DNA of 55,276 nt from Fibrobacterales bacterium (GCA_051532055.1 JAOPTX010000035.1:1-55276), one strand, 5' to 3'; shown: positions 1 through 9,319, numbered from the stretch's first letter. The notes: generated by a model from the sequence alone, not told the origin. A program made the numbers and translations.

Positions 1-3000
1 GAGTCTTTAGCGCCCCATGCAACTTGAGTTACATAGATATTACCATAGCTCATTGCTATCATCCCAAAGTCTTTTTTACCAACACGTTTACCACCCATTG
101 CAAATTTTGCAACAGCACCTTTTGGTGTTGATTTTGATGCTTGTCCACCAGTGTTTGAGTAAACTTCGGTATCCATAATAAGGATGTTGAGGTTTTCGCC
201 AGAACCCATTACATGGTCAAGTCCACCGTATCCGATGTCATACGCCCATCCGTCACCACCGATGGCCCATACTGATTTTTTAACGAGGTTGTCACAGATG
301 TCTTGAAGACGACTTGACTCTTCGTTATTAATTTTAACGAGCTGAGCCTTTAAAAGGTCAACGAGCTCACGTTGTCTAAAAATTGCTTGCTCGTCTTCTT
401 GTTCGTTTTCAATTAGCTGGGTGACAAGTTCAGTATCAAGATGTGACTCGAGCTTTTTAAGGAGAGTCATTGCCATTTTGGCACGTTGATCCACAGCAAG
501 ACGCATACCGAGAGCAAACTCTGCATTGTCTTCAAAAAGTGAATTGATCCAAGCGGGTCCACGGCCATCAGCATTTTTTGCCCATGGCGTGTTTGGCATG
601 TTACCACCGTAGATTGAAGAACAACCCGTTGCATTACCCACCACCATACGATCACCATACAATTGAGAGATGATTTTGAGGTATGGTGTTTCACCGCAGC
701 CTGCGCATGCACCTGAGAACTCAAAAAGTGGCTCTTGTACTTGTTGTTGCTTGATTTTTGAGGCATCAATACGTGAACGGTCGAGCTCTGGTATTGAATC
801 AAAAAAGTTGAATTTATCTTGCTCTTTTTCTTTTACATCAAGTGACGGAGTCATGTTAATTGCGTGACGAGTCGGGTCTTCTTTGTCGGTTACAGGGCAA
901 GCATTCACACACAGTTCACAGCCAGTACAGTCGAGTGGTGACACTTGAATAGTATAAAGAAGGTCCGCTTTCCAGTCGCGATCTTTTGCGCCAGCAGATT
1001 GGAAACCCTCGGGAGCATTTTCGATATCTGTTGGGTAGTATGCTTTTGCACGAATTGCAGCATGAGGACATACGAAAGCACATTTACCACACTGAATACA
1101 CGAGTCATCTTCCCAGATCGGTACAAAGTCGGTAAGGTCACGTTTTTCCCAGCGAGCGGTGTCGGTCGGGAATGTTCCATCAAAAGGAATAGCCGAAACA
1201 GGAAGTGAATCACCTTTACGTTCAATCATTGTTTCTATTTGATATTTTACAAAGTCAGGAGCATTGTCAGGGAGCTTTTTACCAATAATATTTGTATTGG
1301 TTACTGCTTCTGGAATAGCTACGCTGTACATATTGTCGAGGGCGGCGTTAACTGCATCGATGTTCATTTGAACAACTTTTTCGCCTTTGCTGCCGTAGGA
1401 CTTCTTAATGGCGCCAATAATTTTTTGAATTGCTTCTTCTTTCGGGAGCACACCAGAGATGCCAAAGAAACACGCTTGCATAACCGTATTAATACGAGTA
1501 CCCATGCCGGCTTCACGCGCAACTTTCGATGCATTAATGGTGTAAACTTTCACGCCTCGCTCAATAATGATCTCTTGATAGTGTTTTGGGAGTGCGGCCC
1601 AAAGTTCATCTTTATCAATCGGTGTGTTGACGAGGAAGAGTCCGCCTTTTTTAATGTTTACGAGAAGGTCAATAGTGTTTACGAATTGTGGTTGGTGACA
1701 CGCAATAAAGTCTGCCTCTTCAATGAGGTATGGTGCTTTAATTGGTGTTGGACCAAAACGAAGGTGAGCAGTAGTGATGGCTCCTGCTTTTTTAGAGTCA
1801 TATACAAAGAAGCCTTGGCCGTAATTATCAGTCTCATCATTGATGATTTTGATAGAGTTTTTGTTGGCACCAACGGTACCATCAGACCCAAGTCCGTAGA
1901 ACATCGCTTGATAGAAGTCACTATCGAGAAGGAAGCTTGGATCCCAATCGAGACTTGTGTGAGTAACATCGTCGTTGATACCAATAGTAAAATGGTTTTT
2001 AGATTTGTTCTCAAGTACTGCTTTAACCATTGATGGTGTGAATTCTTTAGAAGAAATACCGTAGCGTCCGCCAAGTACTTTAATGTTTGATCGGTCAGCT
2101 TCTGCTAGTGCTGTTACCATGTCGAGGTACAATGGTTCGCCAGAAGAGCCGGGCTCCTTACAGCGGTCAAGTACAATAAGGCTTTTTACCGTTTCTGGAA
2201 TTGCATCGGCAATAAGAGCGCTATCGAAAGGTCTATAGAGACGTATTGCGAGTACGCCATATTTTGTATCAGTTGATTCATTAAGGAAGTCTACGGTGTT
2301 ACGTACAGTATCAACAGCTGACCCCATGACGACAACGACCTTTTCTGCATCTGCTGCACCAGTGTATTCAACGATTTTATATTCACGTCCCGTAAGCTGT
2401 GCAAAGCGATCCATGATTTTTTGAATCGCTGCAGGGGCGGCGTTATAATATTTATTAACTGTTTCACGTGCCTGAAAGTGTATGTCAGGGTTTTGTGAGG
2501 TACCACGGAGTTGTGGTGCGTCAGGTGTCATGGCGCGTGATCGAAAGCGCTTCACGTTTTCAGGAGTAAAAAGTTCTTGAAGAACTTTGTCTGGAATAAG
2601 CTCAATTTTTTGCAATTCGTGTGAGGTTCTAAAGCCATCAAAGAAATGTATAAATGGAATTTGTGTTTCAAGAGTTGCTGCGTGAGCAATAGTAGCCATG
2701 TCTGTCGCTTCTTGTACATTAAAAGAAGAGAGCTGAGCAAAGCCTGTTGCACGGGTAGCCATAACATCTGAGTGGTCACCAAAAATTGAAAGTGCTTGAG
2801 TTGCAACAGTACGTGCTGCAACGTGAATAACAAAGGGAGTCATTTCGCCAGCAACTTTATACATAGTAGGGATCATAAGCATGAGGCCCTGGGATGCAGT
2901 AAAAGTACACGAGAGTGTTCCCGCTTGAATTGATCCGTGACATGATGCTACGGCGCCACCTTCTGATTGCATTTCTACAACTCTTGGTACATCGCCCCAA

Positions 3001-3152
3001 GTATTTAGGTGCCCTTGAGAAGCCCAAAGGTCAGAGTGTTCGCCCATATCTGATGATGGAGAGATGGGGTAGATGCCAATTACTTCACTGGCGCGATAAG
3101 CGACGTGTGCGGTCGCTTCATTTCCGTCTAAAGTCTTAAATACAGTGCTCAT
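1..3152 (-). CDS. nifJ: Pyruvate:ferredoxin (flavodoxin) oxidoreductase, 3' end truncated by window edge
   Basis: ATG at 3152 follows an AGAGGA SD and reads MSTVFKTLDGNEATAHVAY...YPISPSS, ...EMQSEGGAVA, FTASQG. Ferredoxin CxxCxxC motifs lie near 910-1100, with EFSGACAGCGETPY (~680-725) and the TPP-binding GGDGWAYDIG (~235-265). The frame runs off the window, so the ORF track misses it. Confidence 0.97.
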   Translation of the reverse strand, partial: MSTVFKTLDGNEATAHVAYRASEVIGIYPISPSSDMGEHSDLWASQGHLNTWGDVPRVVEMQSEGGAVASCHGSIQAGTLSCTFTASQGLMLMIPTMYKVAGEMTPFVIHVAARTVATQALSIFGDHSDVMATRATGFAQLSSFNVQEATDMATIAHAATLETQIPFIHFFDGFRTSHELQKIELIPDKVLQELFTPENVKRFRSRAMTPDAPQLRGTSQNPDIHFQARETVNKYYNAAPAAIQKIMDRFAQLTGREYKIVEYTGAADAEKVVVVMGSAVDTVRNTVDFLNESTDTKYGVLAIRLYRPFDSALIADAIPETVKSLIVLDRCKEPGSSGEPLYLDMVTALAEADRSNIKVLGGRYGISSKEFTPSMVKAVLENKSKNHFTIGINDDVTHTSLDWDPSFLLDSDFYQAMFYGLGSDGTVGANKNSIKIINDETDNYGQGFFVYDSKKAGAITTAHLRFGPTPIKAPYLIEEADFIACHQPQFVNTIDLLVNIKKGGLFLVNTPIDKDELWAALPKHYQEIIIERGVKVYTINASKVAREAGMGTRINTVMQACFFGISGVLPKEEAIQKIIGAIKKSYGSKGEKVVQMNIDAVNAALDNMYSVAIPEAVTNTNIIGKKLPDNAPDFVKYQIETMIERKGDSLPVSAIPFDGTFPTDTARWEKRDLTDFVPIWEDDSCIQCGKCAFVCPHAAIRAKAYYPTDIENAPEGFQSAGAKDRDWKADLLYTIQVSPLDCTGCELCVNACPVTDKEDPTRHAINMTPSLDVKEKEQDKFNFFDSIPELDRSRIDASKIKQQQVQEPLFEFSGACAGCGETPYLKIISQLYGDRMVVGNATGCSSIYGGNMPNTPWAKNADGRGPAWINSLFEDNAEFALGMRLAVDQRAKMAMTLLKKLESHLDTELVTQLIENEQEDEQAIFRQRELVDLLKAQLVKINNEESSRLQDICDNLVKKSVWAIGGDGWAYDIGYGGLDHVMGSGENLNILIMDTEVYSNTGGQASKSTPKGAVAKFAMGGKRVGKKDFGMIAMSYGNIYVTQVAWGAKD

Positions 3153-3365
3153 TATAATCCTCTATTATTGCGGTAACCATCTTATGTAGACGATTGTATG
3201 CCTATAGTTTCACTATTTTAAGTTTATATTAGAAAATTATTTATTTGTATCATTTGTAACGCACTATTAATGACGTTTCTGTAATTAATGGTATAAAGTT
3301 GTAATTACAGAGTTGAACAGTTGTGAGATGTGGGGGTTGTAGGGGCTGAGTGTTGGACTGCAGCC

Positions 3366-3905
3366 TTAGATATTATTGATTTCTTTGGATCGGTAGATCA
3401 TCGTTGATTGATTCTCGGTGTCGCCAAGAACATTGACGAGTTTATTACCAAAGGTATTGTCATCACGGACTTCAATAGTGATTTTACAGTAGCGTAGGGC
3501 AACAGCAGTATCTTCAACCGTCTTCATTAGTTTTTTGGCAATGCCTTTTCCGCGAAAGTCTGGATGAACTACAATATCGTGAATCTGGATAAGCTTTTTC
3601 GCTTTAAAGGTGGAGAAGCCAATAAAACAGGTAATAAGCCCTACATATTGGTCATTGTACTTTGCAAAAAGTATGAATGTTGTCGGGTGCTCGGCAAGGC
3701 CAAATATGAGATTCTCTTCCTCTGCGTGAGAAAGGGGGCGCCCACAGCCGGCCTCTGGGTCGGTCATAAATATGTTGGTAAGTTTTACCAAGTTATCACT
3801 GTGCTCACGGTTAAGAAAGTCACAGCGTTCAACGACTATTTTATTGAGCACTTCATTATCAAACTGTAGCTCAGGGTCTGAAATTAAATTTTTGTCTTCT
3901 AGCAT
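3366..3905 (-). CDS. GNAT family N-acetyltransferase
   Basis: Acetyl-CoA-binding motif IHDIVVHPDFRGKGIAKKLM; CKITIEVRDDN. Confidence 0.9.
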   Translation of the reverse strand: MLEDKNLISDPELQFDNEVLNKIVVERCDFLNREHSDNLVKLTNIFMTDPEAGCGRPLSHAEEENLIFGLAEHPTTFILFAKYNDQYVGLITCFIGFSTFKAKKLIQIHDIVVHPDFRGKGIAKKLMKTVEDTAVALRYCKITIEVRDDNTFGNKLVNVLGDTENQSTMIYRSKEINNI

Positions 3906-4108
3906 TCCATAATCCGGATATTCATCTCCTTGACGTCTTCATCTGAATGCCATTTGCGAAATGGAGTGTCGTGGTCTGAGTTGACTTCTTTAAAGCTTCG
4001 TGCATTAAAGTAGTCAACTAAACTCTCTTCGCCCTCATTTTCATCGTGGCTGTCAAACATGTCTGAGATGTGTTCATTTTCATCAGTTACATCACCTTCA
4101 TCATACAT
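3899..4108 (-). CDS. Small highly acidic hypothetical protein (69 aa)
   Basis: ATG at 4108 follows an AAGAGG SD. D/E-rich. Stop codon overlaps the GNAT start by 7 nt. Confidence 0.7.
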   Translation of the reverse strand: MYDEGDVTDENEHISDMFDSHDENEGEESLVDYFNARSFKEVNSDHDTPFRKWHSDEDVKEMNIRIMEC

Positions 4109-4145
4109 AATATACCTCTTTACTATCAAGTTTATCTCCCTTAAC

Positions 4146-4162
4146 TGCAAACAGTGTGCCAA
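4146..4162 (-). promoter_or_regulatory. Sigma-54 (-24/-12) promoter
   Basis: Minus strand reads TTGGCAC-ACTGT-TTGCA, an exact GG-N10-GC spacing. It is intergenic and ~38 nt upstream of the ATG at 4108. Confidence 0.75.
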
Positions 4163-4247
4163 ATGATATTTCTGTAAAAAATGGCCATTTCTTCGCTTTT
4201 AGAGAGACAAAAATGTTGATTTTAACATTAAAATACAAAAAAGTAAA

Positions 4248-5477
4248 TTAGGGTTGCTCTCTCTGATAGACAATTGAGCCTTGTACTACCACCATTTCAA
4301 TAGTGGGAGGAGTGGAAACGAGGTCGATATAGGGGTTGTCCGTTGATTTAGATGGAGTTGCTACAATAAAGTCTGCTTTTTTTCCTTTCTCAAGAGATCC
4401 GGTGCTCTCTCCTCGTCCAATGCTCTGGGCACCTTGGAGTGTTGCCATGCGTAAAATATGCAAAGCCGTTACTTCGCTATAATGATGAGTATAAAGATAG
4501 GTCATCTCTTCCCAGAGGTTGAGAGAATGGTTTGAGGCGAGGCTATCGGTCCCGAGGGTAATGGTAGTGTTGGCCTTGAGGGCTTCTACGAGAGGGAAAG
4601 GGGCATGATTAAAGAAGGCTCTACTTCGAGGGCAGTGAGCTATAGATATGTTGTTTTGGGCAAAGTAATCGAGCTGTTTACTGGTTATATGGTTGCAGTG
4701 CACCATGAGTGAGTTATTAGGAATGAGGTCATGAGTAAGGCAGTAGTCAACAGCGTTTAATTGGGGCTGAGGAGGTGTGTAGTCACTAAACCGGCTTAAT
4801 AAAAAGTCGAACATACTGCCTTTAGTTTGAGAGTAATGTTCCTGTTCTTCTTGGCTTTCTGACAGATGCATCATAAAAGGGACACTCTGTTTGTGGCAAT
4901 AGTCAATGACTTCGCTTATGAGTTCACGGGAGCAGGAAAACGGTGCGTGAGCTGATAAACTGGGAGTAAAAAGTGATGTTGGTATTACTTTGGAAATTTC
5001 TACGACAGCTTGACTTGCAAGGTTTGTTGCGGCACTTGGTGGTATTCCTATAAGTTCTTTGTGGCTGAGTAAATTAATATGAGTTTTGGGTGAGTCAATA
5101 TTGGCTTGAGAGAATCCGACATCAACAAGGGTTGTGGTGCCACTTTTGAGGGCGGCATCAAGACCGGTAGTTACGGCGTCATGAAAATCAAAGGAGGTGT
5201 ATGAGGTAAGCAGATTTTTTAGTTGGTCTGCCCATTGGGTAAAAGGGATATTGGGGCGCGTCTTTCCTTTGAGCATACCGAGTTCAAGGTGGCAGTGGGT
5301 GTTAATAAGGCCCGGTAATACAACGGCGTTGGGAAATGAATAGGTGATGTTGGACTCAAGGTCATGATGAGTGCAACTTCTCACCTCAGTAATGGTATGG
5401 TCGCTCCATTCTAGGCGGGCATTAATGAGTGCTTCACTACTTATTGGGAGTATGTAACCAGCTTCAATAGAGTGCAT
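4248..5477 (-). CDS. Amidohydrolase, likely aminodeoxyfutalosine deaminase-like
   Basis: Motifs INTHCHLE (HxH), HAPFS, MHLSES, VHCN, HCPRS, LGTDSLASN, GSLEKGKKAD. Confidence 0.8.
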   Translation of the reverse strand: MHSIEAGYILPISSEALINARLEWSDHTITEVRSCTHHDLESNITYSFPNAVVLPGLINTHCHLELGMLKGKTRPNIPFTQWADQLKNLLTSYTSFDFHDAVTTGLDAALKSGTTTLVDVGFSQANIDSPKTHINLLSHKELIGIPPSAATNLASQAVVEISKVIPTSLFTPSLSAHAPFSCSRELISEVIDYCHKQSVPFMMHLSESQEEQEHYSQTKGSMFDFLLSRFSDYTPPQPQLNAVDYCLTHDLIPNNSLMVHCNHITSKQLDYFAQNNISIAHCPRSRAFFNHAPFPLVEALKANTTITLGTDSLASNHSLNLWEEMTYLYTHHYSEVTALHILRMATLQGAQSIGRGESTGSLEKGKKADFIVATPSKSTDNPYIDLVSTPPTIEMVVVQGSIVYQREQP

Positions 5478-5481
5478 TACG

Positions 5482-6966
5482 TTAGGGCCTATTAAATTCC
5501 ATCAAGATTGAATCGAGTAGGTCATAGGAGTCACTGCCAACTTCATGAGTAAAGCTTGAGTCAACCTGTTTTTTAAAATGATCAATGTCCCAGACTAAGG
5601 TATCTATATCGAGAGGGTCGAATGGGCACAAAAGGGTGTCTGCCATAGAAAAAGTCTCGAAGGCAATGATAACCCCTCCGCGCGCTTTATAATCGAATCG
5701 GTTTATGTTAAATGAGTTGATTGAGTCACAATGGTTTATTGCTTGCAAATATGCGACAGAACGATAAAAGGTAGTATCCGGGACGATGGTGTCTAAAATG
5801 GTATTGTAAATTGTAGTTTCGCCTGAGCAGTATGTTTGGCCATCAATACATCCTGTTTTCTCGGTAATGACAATTGAGTCTTGAATTATGGGAACCTCAA
5901 TTGCGGTATCGGGAAGAGAAAAGGATTGAATGAGCACAGTATCAATAGTGGAACAGATGATCTCTTCTTCCTTTATGCACTGTTCGTAAAAAAGTATGGT
6001 ATGGCTTGAGTTGATGGTGTCGGCTAGAGTTAGGTTTCCAATACGAGTGGTGTCTCGTAGTCCTGCATTTGCACATATAGAGAAGGGTTCCCCATCATCA
6101 TCGAGTTTGAATTCTTGAGTTATGCTGTCAATGCACATATATTGATGAATCTCTTTAGTGACATTACTAAAGAGATGAGTAGTATCTCTGAGTGTATCGA
6201 TGTAGCTTTTTTTAACAAAGGTAGGGATGGTGTCACAATCTCGTGTATTGGAAAGGTCAATGCATCGTGATTGAAAAAAATCTACAGTATCCTCTTTAAT
6301 GACAAAGGGTTGGTAGGGGTACTCTATAAGTATTCCAGTAGATAGTTTAGGTGTTATGGTGTCTCTATCTATTTGATCTGCACTGAGGCCTTCTAAGCTT
6401 TTAGGAAGGGTGTAAGTGGTGTGAGAGCTTGGGTCATTTGTAAATCTAAAAATAGAGTCGAATTCAAATGAAACGGTGTAGTTATTATAGGTGCCTTTTC
6501 TCAGTAATATGGAGTCGAGAGCTTTGTCATTTACCTCTTCAATAGGAAGATCGGTATATTTATAAATTTTGAGTTCTGTTGCATTATTTCCCCATAGGTT
6601 TTCGAGGGTAAGGATTGTGTCGTAGGTTCCTGTTGAATTTGCGCAGGTGAGACTACTGGGTGTTGTAAGGGCTACTTTGTAACGCATCTTAAAGGTGGTG
6701 CCCGTTGTTACCGAATCGAGGGTAATTGATTGAAGCGAGCAGTCAGAATAGATAAATAGCCCTTTGAGGTTTATGGAAATTGAGTCATCACGATTGTGAT
6801 AGATGCGTTCATTGTCAAGTTCAGCTGCGGTATAGTAACCGTCTAATGGAAGGCCACCTTCGAGCTCAGTAGGTTCAACAGATGTTTTAAAAACACAATG
6901 GGTTGAGATGAGAGGGAGCAACATGAAGAGAGTTACGAGAAGTGTACGGTGTTGAGAAATAATCAT
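5482..6966 (-). CDS. Hypothetical exported Cys-containing protein, probable lipoprotein
   Basis: Hydrophobic N-terminus ending in Cys (LISTHC). Thr/Asp/Ile-rich, with many D-[ST]-x motifs. Confidence 0.75.
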   Translation of the reverse strand: MIISQHRTLLVTLFMLLPLISTHCVFKTSVEPTELEGGLPLDGYYTAAELDNERIYHNRDDSISINLKGLFIYSDCSLQSITLDSVTTGTTFKMRYKVALTTPSSLTCANSTGTYDTILTLENLWGNNATELKIYKYTDLPIEEVNDKALDSILLRKGTYNNYTVSFEFDSIFRFTNDPSSHTTYTLPKSLEGLSADQIDRDTITPKLSTGILIEYPYQPFVIKEDTVDFFQSRCIDLSNTRDCDTIPTFVKKSYIDTLRDTTHLFSNVTKEIHQYMCIDSITQEFKLDDDGEPFSICANAGLRDTTRIGNLTLADTINSSHTILFYEQCIKEEEIICSTIDTVLIQSFSLPDTAIEVPIIQDSIVITEKTGCIDGQTYCSGETTIYNTILDTIVPDTTFYRSVAYLQAINHCDSINSFNINRFDYKARGGVIIAFETFSMADTLLCPFDPLDIDTLVWDIDHFKKQVDSSFTHEVGSDSYDLLDSILMEFNRP

Positions 6967-7034
6967 GGCTGGATCACTTGGATGAACTGAACAGAAAATA
7001 GCAAATATTGGCTCTTGGTAGGAGTGCGGTGCCT

Positions 7035-7964
7035 CTAAAAGTGCTTTTCCACAAAGGTTTTGAGGGTCTTAGATGAGCGAATGGGGTATGAAGCGCGCCA
7101 TTCATCGACAAATGATGTGGGTTGATTGTTACGGAGCATTGTGAGAAAGAAGCTTGGTGCTCGCTCGCTAATTTTGGCAAGAGGAGTACCGGTATTAACA
7201 TGGTCCCCTGGCGATACTTTCAATGTTGCTGAGTCAAGCCCTGAATAGAAGGCGTTGAGGTTGTTGCCATGGTGAATTGTTACAAGAGTACTCTTTTGAA
7301 AGTGGTGATTCACTGAGGTAACAGTTCCACTGTGAATGCTTTTGACGGTCGTGCCTATAGCGCCTTTAAAATTAACGAGATCACTTTTATCAAAGGTCAG
7401 GAGCTCAACGCGTCCTGGGTAGCTCAAGCAAGGTTTGCTATAGGCGCATCCTTTTGTATCAATAAAGGTAACCCCCGTTTCATTACTCCAGCGGGCGTAT
7501 TCTTTTGATTGAGTTCCGTTTGATATGACGAATGAAAGAGGGATATCTTTCTGGGTAGTGTGAAAGCTGATGGAGAGGGGTTCACGGGATTTGTTGTGAG
7601 TGATCAGAGCTCGATTAATGGTGGCAAGCATGAAAGGGGTCAGGATCTTTGAGGAGTCGAGTAATATGGGCTTTTTATCGATGAATTGGAACTGAACCGT
7701 TTTTGATTTGTTACTGTGAGTCTTTACTTTTACGCTATAACTCGAGTCTATGAGCAGTAGTGGTTGCCTCTTGTTTAAACGTTTCTTTTTTGGGGTCTTC
7801 TTTAGGGCCTTTTTTTGAGCTTGAGTACCTTTTTGGGGAGTAGGCTTTTCAGGGCTGATAAGTTGATAGAGTCCAAAGAGGGCACAGGCTATAAGGAGCA
7901 TACGCAATAGGGGTATTTTTTTGGGCCCTTGGCGACGGTGATTACTGTAGTCAAATTGTGCCAT
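7035..7964 (-). CDS. Membrane-anchored M23/LytM-domain protein, catalytically degenerate
   Basis: N-terminal TM segment and basic linker. C-terminal VKSIHSGTV..VTIHHGNN..YSGL..V.PGD.V..G fold, without the HxxxD and HxH zinc ligands. TAATG overlap with the upstream gene. Confidence 0.7.
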   Translation of the reverse strand: MAQFDYSNHRRQGPKKIPLLRMLLIACALFGLYQLISPEKPTPQKGTQAQKKALKKTPKKKRLNKRQPLLLIDSSYSVKVKTHSNKSKTVQFQFIDKKPILLDSSKILTPFMLATINRALITHNKSREPLSISFHTTQKDIPLSFVISNGTQSKEYARWSNETGVTFIDTKGCAYSKPCLSYPGRVELLTFDKSDLVNFKGAIGTTVKSIHSGTVTSVNHHFQKSTLVTIHHGNNLNAFYSGLDSATLKVSPGDHVNTGTPLAKISERAPSFFLTMLRNNQPTSFVDEWRASYPIRSSKTLKTFVEKHF

Positions 7965-9319
7965 TACTCAACAAGCTCCTCTTCAATAATTTCCTCTTCG
8001 AAGAACACTTTTTTATGGGGGGTAGCGGGAGAGTGCTCAGGGACGTTCAATGGTTTCGTTGAGTCTTGTGGAAGGCGCTCTGTTTGCGGTGCCATTGTAG
8101 AATCTTTAGAGTGCATAGTTGGGGTTAAAAGCGTCGGTATTGGGGTACTGGAATCTATAACAGGTACATGAGACGAATCGATTCTTGGAGTATTCACGGA
8201 ATCAATTGACGAGTTTGGCACTCGTATTTGCTGTTGAGGGGTATGAGGGGTTATTGTATGATTTCGTTTGAAGGGAGTTCGTTTTGTAAAGTGTCGCCCC
8301 ACTATAACTTCGGGGATTATAGTAATGCTTACATGGTGGGTGTTTGAGAGTTCTGGATGATTATAAAAAGAGTAGTCGATAGAGGTGTGTTTAAAGAGGG
8401 TAATGCCGGCACCCATTGAAAAATAAGAGGGGGTGTGTAGGTGGGGAATACCAACTCTTAATGCAAGACCTGTTGGTGAAGTGAACTCAATAGCTCCGGA
8501 GGATGACTGGAGCCAGCCCCATGGGTCGCTCGTTATTCGTTTGCCGGAAAGGGTGTACGATGTAAGTGAGTCGCCCCCCTCCTCTGAGAGAGGTTTTGTT
8601 GAGCGTGCATCATGATGAAGGAATCCGCTTGATTGCCAGGCAAAGGTAAATGATCCGTATAAATAAGGGAGAGGATAAGTGTATCCCATGCCAGTATATA
8701 TTTCAGTTGGGCTATATTCAAAAGTCCCTTCTTCCCAAGTGGCTGCCGAAGTAGTGAGTCCTTTTATGAGTGCTGCTATACGGAAATTTTGTCGAGAATA
8801 TTGGGCTGAGAGATCGGTACGAAACCCAAAACCAGTTTGGTCGAGGGTTCGATACAAGAGATGCAGTGATGCACCAATGGTTAGTGCATTTATTTGGTGG
8901 GCAATAGAACTCGAAAATATATAGTCTGTTGCACTGAATGTTTCGTATGATGCGCCTTCATAGATAACTCCCTCTTGGGTGAGTGGGATGCCGTCAATAC
9001 CAAAACGAGCTAATCCAAAAGCAAGAGTTGTAGTACTATCAAAGGGGATGTTTGCAGCAATATGGTCGTATTGCGCTCCTTCAAAATGTTCATAATGGCT
9101 CACTAAAATGTGAGTGAGTACTATATCGGTTAAACTAGCAGGGTGGCCATAAATACTTGCAAGGTCACCGGGCATGCCAAGATAGAGGTCACCGGTTCCT
9201 GACCGTCGAGCAGAAGCAGCAACATCGAGAGATTGATTGGCTCCACGAACCTCTAATGCAAAGAGAGGCTGAATAAGTATACTAAGGATACAGAGTATTA
9301 TGAGAAGGAAATGGTGCAT
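7964..9319 (-). CDS. PorV/PorQ-like outer-membrane beta-barrel with low-complexity C-terminal tail
   Basis: Signal peptide; SARRSGTG..D.ASIYGHPASL (cf. PorV-type GAR..GMG...YWNPA); IDYSF..HPELSNTHHVSI. Confidence 0.7.
   Translation of the reverse strand: MHHFLLIILCILSILIQPLFALEVRGANQSLDVAASARRSGTGDLYLGMPGDLASIYGHPASLTDIVLTHILVSHYEHFEGAQYDHIAANIPFDSTTTLAFGLARFGIDGIPLTQEGVIYEGASYETFSATDYIFSSSIAHQINALTIGASLHLLYRTLDQTGFGFRTDLSAQYSRQNFRIAALIKGLTTSAATWEEGTFEYSPTEIYTGMGYTYPLPYLYGSFTFAWQSSGFLHHDARSTKPLSEEGGDSLTSYTLSGKRITSDPWGWLQSSSGAIEFTSPTGLALRVGIPHLHTPSYFSMGAGITLFKHTSIDYSFYNHPELSNTHHVSITIIPEVIVGRHFTKRTPFKRNHTITPHTPQQQIRVPNSSIDSVNTPRIDSSHVPVIDSSTPIPTLLTPTMHSKDSTMAPQTERLPQDSTKPLNVPEHSPATPHKKVFFEEEIIEEELVE

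Noticed and set aside
467..3139. Many ORF-track entries at the left end (e.g. 1239-2033 +, 264 aa)
   Set aside because: They are antisense or off-frame shadows of the PFOR gene, which occupies 1-3152 on the minus strand.
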